A stretch of 64,000 nt of DNA, from sequence record SRR9188677_161. The stretch is one strand, 5' to 3'. Below, in pieces: positions 40,676-49,274 of the stretch. The translations under genes and the position numbers were made by a program. Below the pieces are notes generated by a model. That model was not told the origin of the DNA and made no database searches. It saw only the letters and a list, made by a program, of their open reading frames with translations. Within the stretch, counting starts at the first letter, position 1. The number at the start of each line of letters is the position of its first letter.

Positions 40676-40760
40676 AAACCCCGTTTCTTGATTGAGATGG
40701 GGTTTTGTTTTGGGTTTAAATTAAAAAACCACCCCGTCCTTAAAACGAGATGGTTCTTCC
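40676..40760. terminator. Pair of terminator-like hairpins between convergent phhA and the T9SS gene
   Basis: AAACCCCGTTTC...GAGATGGGGTTTT and AAAAAACCACCCCGT...ACGAGATGGTT. Confidence 0.6.
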
Positions 40761-40777
40761 AAAAAAAAATTACTACT

Positions 40778-43700
40778 TTATTTCTTGATGACCTTGAAGG
40801 TTTTCACTGCACTATCAATGGCTACCTGAACCAAGTAGGTTCCTGTTGGTAGATTGGACATGTCAATTTTGGCTTCAACATCATTGATAATATTGGTTGA
40901 TAATGTTCTGCCCAGCATATCAGCAATTGTGACTTTTGACATTACGTCTAAATTAGTCGTAATGGTCACAACATCTGTCACTGGGTTAGGGAATAATTTA
41001 ATCTGCCTTACGACAAACTCTTCCGTTCCTAAACATCCTCCTAAAGTTGCTGTTACCGCCAACCTTGTCGGGCTTTCACAGGTTCCATTGCTTTGAGAAG
41101 CATAATAAGTTGTTCCTGAAACCAATGGCGTGCCATTTGAAACCACGGTTCCGCCTGCAGCTGCTGTATACCAAACGATGTTAGTGCCAAAAGTAGTCAC
41201 CAGCAATCCAACGGTTTCACCCGCACAGAAGGTCTGGTTCGCATTTCCAATTGGAGCTGGAATCGGGTTGATTGATGCCGCAACTGCAACTCTTGAAGAA
41301 GTACACGTTCCGTTAGTAACCTCAACATAATACGTTGTGGAGGTGCTGATGGATGGCGTCACAAAGTTCGAACCTGTTCCCAATACAGAACCACCGCTTG
41401 AAGCTGCATACCAGTTTAATGTTCCGCCCGTAGCAACCGCGCTCAATGTTAGGCTTCCTGCGTTACAACGACTTGCCGGAGTGGTTGACGTAATACTCTG
41501 AGCAGTATCCATAGTTGCAATAACTGCAGTCCTTGCAGAAGTACACGCACCATTAATGGCTTCAACGTAATATGTCGTAGTCCCTGAAATGTTTGGACTG
41601 AAACTGGTTCCCGTTGCCAAAGCCGTTCCGCCAGTTGACACATTGTACCAAACCAAGTTTCCTATGCTTGAAGCCGCATTCAATGTTACCGAACCTGCAC
41701 CGCAACGACTAGCCGGAGTGGTCGATGTTACCGTTGGAATGACATTCAAAGTAACTGTAACTACCAGTCGGTTGGCACTTTCACAGCTTCCGTTATTTTG
41801 CGAGGCATAATAAGTTGTCCCTGAAACTAATGCGGTAGTATTAGGCACAATTGTCCCTCCACTTGCTGCGGTATACCAAACGATATTCGTTCCGCTTGTC
41901 GTTACCAGCGAGGCTACAGTTCCGCTTCCGCAGAAAGACTGATTGGCATTTCCTGTTGGAGCTGCTAATCCGTTTACCGATGCCAAAACTGCAATTCTCG
42001 AAGACGTACACGTTCCGTTAGTTACCTCAACATAATAATTCGTAGAAGTACTGATGGACGGCGTTACAAATGTTGAACCCGAACCTAATGCCGAACCCCC
42101 AGAAGAAGCTGCATACCAATTCAATGTTCCACCTGTAGCGACAGCTCCTAATGTTACCGTACCCGAATCACAACGGCTTCCCGGAGTGGTTGAAGTGATG
42201 GTCTGGGCCACATCTATAGTAGCAATCACAGCCACTCTTGTTGATGTACACGTTCCGTTGCTGGCTTCCACATAATAAGTTGCCGTACTTGAAATATTTG
42301 GACTGAAGCTTGTACCGGTAGCCAATGCTGTTCCGCCTGTTGGCACATTGTACCAAACCAATGTCCCAATGCTTGAAGCTGCACTCAAAGTAAGTACCCC
42401 TGCCCCACACCTACTTGCCGGACTGGTTGATGTTACCGTTGGAAGGGTATTGACCGTTGCCGTTACCGGAGTCCTTACTGTAGATGCGCAAGTTCCGTTT
42501 ACCGCTTCCACATAATAGGTTGTAGTAGCTGATAAACTTGGTGTTACAAAATTACTTCCAGCGAAAACTAAAACTCCTCCGGATGCAGCATCATACCAAT
42601 TGATGGTTCCGTTGGTATAGGTTGCCGATAAGGCTAAAGTTCCTGTTCCGCATCTTGAAGCACCTACTGCCGTAAGATTAGACGGCCTCTGATTTACCGT
42701 TACGATAACCGGAGTCCTGACCGACTGGCAGGATCCATCCGTAGCCTGCACATAGAATGTAGCCGTAGTGGTCCAATTGGATAACGAATAGGTACTTCCC
42801 GTTCCCTGAACCAATCCGCCACTTGAAACGTTGTACCACGCCAATGTTCCGGCTGAAGCAGTTGCTGAAATCGTAAATGTATCGCCGCCACAAATAGTTG
42901 TAGGCGTAGTTCCAGTAATCGTTGGAGAAGTATTAACCGTTGCAATAACCGGAACTCTTGCCGATGTACAGCTTCCATTAGTCGCTTCGGCATAATACGT
43001 TGTCGTAGCTAAAATGCTCGGTGTAGCAAATGTAGTTCCTGTTCCCAAAGCAGTTCCACCCGAAGAAGCAGCATACCAGCTGATCGTTCCCGCAGTAGTG
43101 GAAGCCGAAAGAGTAACCGAACCGGCATCACAACGACTGTTAGCAGTAGCCGTAACCGTTGGCGTTATATTGATGGTAGCAATAACAGCTGTCCTTACAG
43201 AAGTACACGTTCCGGTTGCCGCTCCTACATAATAGGTTGTCGTTCCGTTTAGGCTTGGCGTTGTAAAGCTAGTTCCTGTTTCCAGAGCCGAACCTCCTGT
43301 TGCTGCAGCATACCAGCTCAGGGTTCCGGCTGAGGCAGTTGCTCCTAAAGTTACCGTTCCAGCATCACAACGGCTGGCTGGAGTTGTAGCCGTAACAGAT
43401 GGAGTTGTATTGATTGTAGCTACTACTGCCGTTCTTGGAGTAGAACAACTTCCTGAGTTAGCTTCCACGTAATAAGTTGTAGTTGCATTCAAAACTGGTG
43501 TCAAGTAATTATTAGCACTGGACAATAAAGTTCCGCCGGTTGAAGCAGTATACCAAAGCGTATTTCCTGCACTGGATGTTGCATTTAAGGTCACCTGACC
43601 GGCATCACAACGGCTCGCCGGAGTAGTTGATGTTAAGCTTGGTGTATTGGTAACTGTTGCAATTACAGGAGTTCTTGCTGAGCTGCATCCATTATTGGCA

Positions 43701-44596
43701 GCTTCTACATAATACGTTGTTGTGGCGCTGATACTTGGAGTTGTAAAACTCGTACCTGTGCCAATGGCTGTACCACCAGTGGATGCCGTATACCAGTTTA
43801 AGGTTCCTGATGATGCTGTTGCACCCAATACCACAGTTCCTGCATCACAACGTCCTGCCGGAGTGGTACTAGTAACTGTTGGATAAGCTGTAACTGTAAT
43901 CATATTGGTCACCGCTTTAGTATTGGTACCGTTATAATTCGCCGCCATCAAAGTAACCGTATAAGTTCCGGCGGTGTTGTAAACCACTGTTGGATTTTGT
44001 ACTATAGATGTGTTTGGCGTTGCACCAGGCAATGTCCAAGTCCATGCGCTTGGGATATTGGTAGAAGTATCCGTAAAGGTTACCGACTGCCCTACGCAAA
44101 CCGAAGTTGCCGAAGCAGTAAAATCTGCAACCGGGGGCTGTGTCGGACAGATTGGGGCTGTGTTATCCATATGGAAACCATCGCCGCTACCTCCGAAGAA
44201 AGCATAAAACTGAGGCGGGAATCCACAAACCGATGGCTCGAAAGTATCTACTGAAGCGCCGTCATTGACTCCTCCCATGTACGCAAACTGAAAAGGTGCC
44301 GTCCCACAGGATGAGACAGTAAATTCTTCTGTTGCTGCCCCATCGGAACTCCCTCCCATGTAGGCGAACTGGAAAGCGGCCGTCCCGCAGGCTGTTGCCG
44401 TAAATTCATTGACATCTGCTCCGTCGTTAACTCCTCCAAAATAGGCATAAAAATGCGGAGGCGTTGCACAACTGGTTGCACTTAGCTGATGGAGGGAGAA
44501 TCCTGAGGAAACCCCACCATTATACTGGGCTAAAGCATCGAAGTGTGTCAAAATAAATGTTAGGCAAACAACCCAAAATATTTTTGTTGTTTTCAT
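40778..44596 (-). CDS. T9SS type A cargo: N-terminal Cys/GGxxDG repeats, PKD domain, 12 Ig-like repeats
   Basis: Signal peptide; five GGxx(D/S)G motifs with 27-aa period; PVADFTAS...WTWT PKD; 12 repeats of C..G...WY...GG...TYY; LFPNPV...GTYLV CTD. Confidence 0.9.
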   Translation of the reverse strand: MKTTKIFWVVCLTFILTHFDALAQYNGGVSSGFSLHQLSATSCATPPHFYAYFGGVNDGADVNEFTATACGTAAFQFAYMGGSSDGAATEEFTVSSCGTAPFQFAYMGGVNDGASVDTFEPSVCGFPPQFYAFFGGSGDGFHMDNTAPICPTQPPVADFTASATSVCVGQSVTFTDTSTNIPSAWTWTLPGATPNTSIVQNPTVVYNTAGTYTVTLMAANYNGTNTKAVTNMITVTAYPTVTSTTPAGRCDAGTVVLGATASSGTLNWYTASTGGTAIGTGTSFTTPSISATTTYYVEAANNGCSSARTPVIATVTNTPSLTSTTPASRCDAGQVTLNATSSAGNTLWYTASTGGTLLSSANNYLTPVLNATTTYYVEANSGSCSTPRTAVVATINTTPSVTATTPASRCDAGTVTLGATASAGTLSWYAAATGGSALETGTSFTTPSLNGTTTYYVGAATGTCTSVRTAVIATINITPTVTATANSRCDAGSVTLSASTTAGTISWYAASSGGTALGTGTTFATPSILATTTYYAEATNGSCTSARVPVIATVNTSPTITGTTPTTICGGDTFTISATASAGTLAWYNVSSGGLVQGTGSTYSLSNWTTTATFYVQATDGSCQSVRTPVIVTVNQRPSNLTAVGASRCGTGTLALSATYTNGTINWYDAASGGVLVFAGSNFVTPSLSATTTYYVEAVNGTCASTVRTPVTATVNTLPTVTSTSPASRCGAGVLTLSAASSIGTLVWYNVPTGGTALATGTSFSPNISSTATYYVEASNGTCTSTRVAVIATIDVAQTITSTTPGSRCDSGTVTLGAVATGGTLNWYAASSGGSALGSGSTFVTPSISTSTNYYVEVTNGTCTSSRIAVLASVNGLAAPTGNANQSFCGSGTVASLVTTSGTNIVWYTAASGGTIVPNTTALVSGTTYYASQNNGSCESANRLVVTVTLNVIPTVTSTTPASRCGAGSVTLNAASSIGNLVWYNVSTGGTALATGTSFSPNISGTTTYYVEAINGACTSARTAVIATMDTAQSITSTTPASRCNAGSLTLSAVATGGTLNWYAASSGGSVLGTGSNFVTPSISTSTTYYVEVTNGTCTSSRVAVAASINPIPAPIGNANQTFCAGETVGLLVTTFGTNIVWYTAAAGGTVVSNGTPLVSGTTYYASQSNGTCESPTRLAVTATLGGCLGTEEFVVRQIKLFPNPVTDVVTITTNLDVMSKVTIADMLGRTLSTNIINDVEAKIDMSNLPTGTYLVQVAIDSAVKTFKVIKK

Positions 44597-44665
44597 CTAA
44601 GTTGATTTTTAAATTATTAATAGTAATTCTATCGCAAGTAAGATCACTTGCATCAAATTAGATTA

Positions 44666-46117
44666 TTATCTTACGCCACGTCCGCCATAAGTGTAAGCCC
44701 TCACAGCTGAAGTACTCGTTGCTGATTGCCTGTCAGAAGTTCTTACATAACTCAATGGGCTAACGTATTCACCACCTCTCATGCCAGAACCTAAGGCTGT
44801 AGTTGCCGATGGCCAGTTGGCTTGGTTGGCATCACCAATTGCAGTTAGGGTTCCGTCACCCAGCACTCCTGTAAAAGTCACGCCGGCTGCGTTTCCTGCC
44901 GTTACAGTTCGCTCTAAAACATTCCCGCCCATTTCCATAGCACCGTAGTAAGAAGCACCAGCGGATGACCTTCCTGAAGAAGCAGTAGCAAAAAGACCCA
45001 CTCGTAAAGGACCATAAAGACCACTTGAAGTGGCAAGGCCATAAGCGCATCTTCCGTTTACTACGGCATTGGCAATTTCTCCAGGCTGTAGCGGGCTTGT
45101 AACGGTTGTGCTGTAAAACGCGTTGATATTAGTGTCTCCCCATGGAAATTCACCAGCAACTCTCGGCATAGTTCCACGGCATACTTTTTCATATTCCAAT
45201 TCCGTCATCGGACGTAAGGCTGCCCAGTCCAGATAAGCCGATAAATCAGCCCAGCTCAAGTTATTCATAGCGGTGTTTTGTCCGTCATTATTATTGTTGA
45301 ATACTCCGTTGGTAGCGTCGCAACCAAAAACAGCGGGAATAGCCGCATTGTTTCCTGGGGTTTCAATCACGATACCGTTTCTATAAACGTAACTTCCGAA
45401 GGTCACATAAGTACCTGCAGCACTTGTTGGGTCGGTAGCTATACGGTTTTGCTGTTGTGCAAAGGTCAGTGAATTTAAAAATTCAACATATTGCAATTGA
45501 GAGATTTCATATTTCATGCAGTAAAATGAATTATATCCCATTGGGAAACCAGCCGGAACCGATGGCCCGCCACCGCCAATCGTTGCTGCAGTAATTCCAC
45601 CGGATTGAGAGGCAGCATTTACTGTAATGCTGTTGAATGTTGAATTACTGACTCCGTCACCAAGTTCGAACGCAGCCTGAGGTACGTTAACCATTTCAAT
45701 CCCGAAAACTTTGTAGTTATAAGTTCCTGCCAGAATGTTTAATTTTAAAGTAATTGACGCTGAAGTGATGTTTCCTCCGCCTAAAGCGCTTCTTCTGATG
45801 AAAACGCCTTTTCCGTCTGTAACGGTGTCTACCTGAAGTGGTGAAGCAGCAGTATGGTCTGAAGCTGTAGAGCTTAATCCTGCGTGTGCCCAAAGACGGG
45901 TGTTACAATCCTGGTATTTGATGAATACCCAAACGGCATCCCAATTGGATGGGGCTACGTTGGCATTCCAGCTGTTGTCCCAGCTGATGTCAAAAGTAAC
46001 ATTGCTACCCGATACCGTAGTATTGGCAATCGTTAGATTGTTTGCATTGGCCGTAATGCCAAAAACTAAAAACAGCATGGCTGCTGCAAATTTCGAAAAA
46101 TAATTTTTTGATTTCAT
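44666..46117 (-). CDS. Secreted FGE-sulfatase/SUMF1 (CLec-fold) domain protein without T9SS CTD
   Basis: Signal peptide ending ANA; FDISWDNSW...WDAVWVFIKY N-domain; EMVNVP, MKYEISQLQY, RPMTELEYEKVCRG, EMGGNVLE, RGG...GGRGVR end. Confidence 0.85.
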   Translation of the reverse strand: MKSKNYFSKFAAAMLFLVFGITANANNLTIANTTVSGSNVTFDISWDNSWNANVAPSNWDAVWVFIKYQDCNTRLWAHAGLSSTASDHTAASPLQVDTVTDGKGVFIRRSALGGGNITSASITLKLNILAGTYNYKVFGIEMVNVPQAAFELGDGVSNSTFNSITVNAASQSGGITAATIGGGGPSVPAGFPMGYNSFYCMKYEISQLQYVEFLNSLTFAQQQNRIATDPTSAAGTYVTFGSYVYRNGIVIETPGNNAAIPAVFGCDATNGVFNNNNDGQNTAMNNLSWADLSAYLDWAALRPMTELEYEKVCRGTMPRVAGEFPWGDTNINAFYSTTVTSPLQPGEIANAVVNGRCAYGLATSSGLYGPLRVGLFATASSGRSSAGASYYGAMEMGGNVLERTVTAGNAAGVTFTGVLGDGTLTAIGDANQANWPSATTALGSGMRGGEYVSPLSYVRTSDRQSATSTSAVRAYTYGGRGVR

Positions 46118-46145
46118 TGTACTGATTTTTTTAAAAGTTATCAGA

Positions 46146-46194
46146 CAAATGTAGAGGGTGTTCCCATGCTGGGAAATACGGCAGTTGCCTTATT
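46146..46194 (-). promoter_or_regulatory. Promoter plus palindromic operator 1 (FGE/T9SS operon)
   Basis: -7 box TACATTTG (46153-46146); operator AATACGGCAgtTGCCTTATT at 46175-46194; 21-nt gap. Confidence 0.75.
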
Positions 46195-46317
46195 ATTAAC
46201 TACTGATTTACATAACTTTACAATGAAACATTTTTACATACCGAATGCGCTCCCGCACTTCAGGTGCATAAACTTGAGTTTGTTTTAATTTTCCCAGATA
46301 ATAACAAGCTTGAAGAT

Positions 46318-46374
46318 TAGCCCCGATAGGAGCGGCATCCTTTTTTGAAAAAAAAGATAGAGCGGATAGCGGGA
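46318..46374 (+). ncRNA. Flavo-1-like structured RNA/repeat
   Basis: AGCCCCGATAGGAGCGGCATCCTTTTTTGAAAAAAAAGATAGAGCGGATAGCGGGA. Confidence 0.6.
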
Positions 46375-46460
46375 GGATTTAGGATAGGAAGAAAATGCTC
46401 CGCTTCTTTTTAAAATGCAAACTTTCCAATTGCCTTCTAAGACATTTTTAGCTGGAAAAC

Positions 46461-46580
46461 CTGTTGCATAGTAGTTTTTAAAAATCAATGTGAAACCAAT
46501 TCTGTTGCATTTTGATTTTCAGATTCAATGTGAAACAAAATCCGTTGCATTTTTGGCTTTGATTTTCAATGTGAAACAAT
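46461..46580. repeat. About 3 tandem 40-41-bp imperfect repeats
   Basis: TCAATGTGAAAC at 46485, 46525, 46566; CYGTTGCAT at 46461, 46502, 46542. Confidence 0.8.
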
Positions 46581-46633
46581 GAGTTTTAAAAGAAAACAAG
46601 GCACGCATTTATGCAAAGAAAATGTACAAGATC

Positions 46634-47281
46634 CTAAATCAGATTATTGTTGCGCGCTTTCTGAACGGCTTCGAGCTTGTTGTGTACCTGGAGTTTGGTG
46701 TAAATATTCTCGATATGTTTCCTGACCGTAGAGGGTGAAAGGAACAGGTTTTCGGCGATTACATTATAGTTCAGTCCTTTGCTTAGCTGTTCGAGGACCT
46801 CAACTTCGCGCGTGGTCAGCTTGATTTCCTCATCGCATTTCTTATCAAAATCGACCGGATTCCTTAGCAGTTTCAAAGTTTTCAATGCAATGGACGGATT
46901 CATAGCAGCACCGCCGTTTAAAGTTTCGACAATTCCGTTGTAGAGGTCGTTGGGATTGACTTCTTTAAGCAGATAACCGTCCGCACCGGCTTTAATGGCG
47001 TTGAAGATATTCTCATCGTTGTCAAAAACCGTGAGCATGATAATCTTCAGCTGCGGATACTTGGTCTTGATGATTTTGGTGGCTTCAATCCCGTTACATT
47101 CGGGCATTTCAATATCCATCAGGATCAGGTCGATGTTTTTGTTTTTTTCGAGTTTCTGCTGCAGGTCATTCCCGTCTATTGCGGTAAATTTTAAGGTCAA
47201 ATCATCAAAAAATGACAATTTTTCGGCTACTGCCTTCTGCAAAAAAACATTATCGTCTACAATGGCTACTCTTACTGACAT
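46634..47281 (-). CDS. NarL/LuxR-family response regulator
   Basis: IVDD, LMDIEMP, LTVFD, GYLLK receiver; LTTREVEVL...TVRKHIENIYTKL HTH. Confidence 0.95.
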   Translation of the reverse strand: MSVRVAIVDDNVFLQKAVAEKLSFFDDLTLKFTAIDGNDLQQKLEKNKNIDLILMDIEMPECNGIEATKIIKTKYPQLKIIMLTVFDNDENIFNAIKAGADGYLLKEVNPNDLYNGIVETLNGGAAMNPSIALKTLKLLRNPVDFDKKCDEEIKLTTREVEVLEQLSKGLNYNVIAENLFLSPSTVRKHIENIYTKLQVHNKLEAVQKARNNNLI

Positions 47282-47283
47282 GG

Positions 47284-49062
47284 CTATATATTTTTTAGGT
47301 GTAATGAAACGGTCGTTCCCAATTGTTCTTGTGAAGTTACTGAAATTTCCCCATTAATTTCCCTGGCTCTTTTCTTTAAGTTGTTCAATCCGTTTCCGGC
47401 GGCTGTTTTGAAGGAATTGAAGCCTTTTCCGTTATCGATGATCTCAATTTCGTAACCGCTGTTTTCCCTGCGCACATTCACCGAAATCCTGCTGGCTTTG
47501 GCATGTTTTAATGCATTATTTATCGCTTCCTGGATGATCCTGTAGATGTTCATCCCTTCTACCGAACTGAATACGGCATCGTCAAAATTGCCGTGGCACA
47601 CAAAATCAAAGTCGATTCCCTGCGAAGCGAGTTTGGCGTTTTCGATGAAGTTGGAAATCCTGCTCTTCAAATCCTCAAAATTGATTTCGTCCTTGTTCAT
47701 CGCCCAGATGGTATCCCGAAGCTCATAGATGGTTTCTTTAGTAAAAGAGCTGATCCCGGCCAGTTTGTCCTGAAGCTTTTCGTCTTCGATTTTAAAGCCG
47801 TATTTCAGGTTGTCTACGGATGAAATAATGAACGTTAATTGCGCACCGATGTTGTCATGCAGATCCCGTGAAATCCTTAACCGCTGTTCCTGTAATTTGT
47901 TTTGCGTTTCGATTTTGAGCAGTGCATCCTTAAGCTCGTTTTCCTTTTGAAGCTGAACGGTTTTCTGTTTCTGTTTGGTATAGAAAATGAGCCCGATTAA
48001 AACCGAAAAAACCGCCAAAGAAAATCCGCCCAATATCCAGATGTTTTTCTCGGCAAGCTGTGCTCTTTGCAGTAAAATTTCCTTCTCTTTCTGTTCGGTC
48101 TGGAATTCGGTATCGAGTTCCGCCTGCTTGTTGCGGATGTTAGTGTTGGCAATGCTGTCTTTGCAGATGATATGGTTTTTGTAATTCAGAAGTGCATTCT
48201 TATAATCTTTGTTACGCTCGTACACATCCGATAAACCTCTGTAATTGTCTTCAAGCAGTGACGGATACTTGTGCTTTTTGCTCCATTCGACCCCTTTGTT
48301 GAAATACTTTATCGCTTCCTTGTCGTTTCCGGTTTCCTTGAAATAAAATGCATAATGGTTCAGGTTTTCGGCTATTCCGTAAATGTCGTTGCGCTTTACG
48401 CGGATGTTATAGGCATAATCGAGCAGTTTCTTGGTTTCGGCCGGTTTGCCCTGCATCAGCTTGACCATCGCAATATTATTGACGCTAAACGGAATCCCGA
48501 TTTCATCGTTTGCTTTTTGCTTTAAAGTCAAAGATTTATTGTAGAAAAACAACGCGCTGTCGAGTTCGTTCTGCATTTCTTTCAGTACGCCGTAATTATC
48601 GTAAATCCCGCGCAGTTCCTTTTCATCTGAAATAGATTCCGCCAGTCGCATTCCTTTTCGCATCGTAAGAAGTGCTTCTTTCATGTCGCGCCTTTTGAGC
48701 TGGTACCCGTATTCGGCGTAAGCGTGTGCCAGTTTGCTTTTCAATCCCAATCGCTGATAGGCACGGATGGCCTGAACCATAAACTCAGTATTCTTTTCGT
48801 ATTTCCCTTTAATGTAATAAACCAGCCCCAAATTGGAATACGAATCGGCCACGCCTTCCGCGTAGTTTATTTTTTGGGCTTTGGATAGGTTTTCGGTGTA
48901 CCATTGAATGGATTTCGCGGTATTGGCAATCTTATCATCAAATGAAATCGAATTCAGGGAATCGATCTGTTTTTTGGCATCCGGTTTTTGCCCCAATGCA
49001 AGGTCACTCTTAAAAACTAAGAGTGCACAAAAGATAGCGATGCTTATTCTGATGCCATTCAT
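47284..49062 (-). CDS. TPR-sensor histidine kinase 1 (HisKA_3)
   Basis: Signal, TPR repeats, TM, RISRDLHDNIG, QEAINNALKHA, DNGKGF, GNGLNNL; likely start MNGIR at 49062. Confidence 0.92.
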   Translation of the reverse strand: MNGIRISIAIFCALLVFKSDLALGQKPDAKKQIDSLNSISFDDKIANTAKSIQWYTENLSKAQKINYAEGVADSYSNLGLVYYIKGKYEKNTEFMVQAIRAYQRLGLKSKLAHAYAEYGYQLKRRDMKEALLTMRKGMRLAESISDEKELRGIYDNYGVLKEMQNELDSALFFYNKSLTLKQKANDEIGIPFSVNNIAMVKLMQGKPAETKKLLDYAYNIRVKRNDIYGIAENLNHYAFYFKETGNDKEAIKYFNKGVEWSKKHKYPSLLEDNYRGLSDVYERNKDYKNALLNYKNHIICKDSIANTNIRNKQAELDTEFQTEQKEKEILLQRAQLAEKNIWILGGFSLAVFSVLIGLIFYTKQKQKTVQLQKENELKDALLKIETQNKLQEQRLRISRDLHDNIGAQLTFIISSVDNLKYGFKIEDEKLQDKLAGISSFTKETIYELRDTIWAMNKDEINFEDLKSRISNFIENAKLASQGIDFDFVCHGNFDDAVFSSVEGMNIYRIIQEAINNALKHAKASRISVNVRRENSGYEIEIIDNGKGFNSFKTAAGNGLNNLKKRAREINGEISVTSQEQLGTTVSLHLKNI

Positions 49063-49086
49063 TGGAAAACAGTTTAGTGCCAAGTG

Positions 49087-49198
49087 AAAAAGTCCTTTCC
49101 AAACCGAGTGATTGCTTGACGAAAACTCGTTTGAAAAGGACAACAATAAAAACAACCTAGTTGCTGTTTCTGATTTTCAACATCAATACCACTTGACT
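49087..49198 (-). ncRNA. Putative small RNA or attenuated leader
   Basis: Promoter/operator directly upstream; 17-18-bp hairpin (49141-49092) followed by U5; only an 8-codon ORF inside. Confidence 0.5.
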
Positions 49199-49203
49199 TC
49201 GTA

Positions 49204-49252
49204 CAAAAGTGCCAACAATAAAGCGCAAAAAAAATACGGCAGATGCCGTATT
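49204..49252 (-). promoter_or_regulatory. Promoter plus palindromic operator 2
   Basis: -7 box CACTTTTG (49211-49204); perfect palindrome AATACGGCAgaTGCCGTATT at 49233-49252; 21-nt gap. Confidence 0.75.
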
Positions 49253-49274
49253 CTTACTAAGTCATTTTAATGAT

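Noticed and set aside
44666-44800. FGE/CLec C-terminus as a diversity-generating retroelement variable region
   Set aside because: No reverse transcriptase and no adenine-variant template repeat seen in the window. A remote DGR cannot be excluded without a genome search.
46461-46580. Mini CRISPR array
   Set aside because: Spacers are only 14-15 nt, T-rich and similar to each other; repeats are imperfect; no cas genes.
49063-49155. Longer start (TTG 49155) for kinase 1
   Set aside because: It overlaps the terminator-like hairpin; the signal peptide fits a start at 49062.
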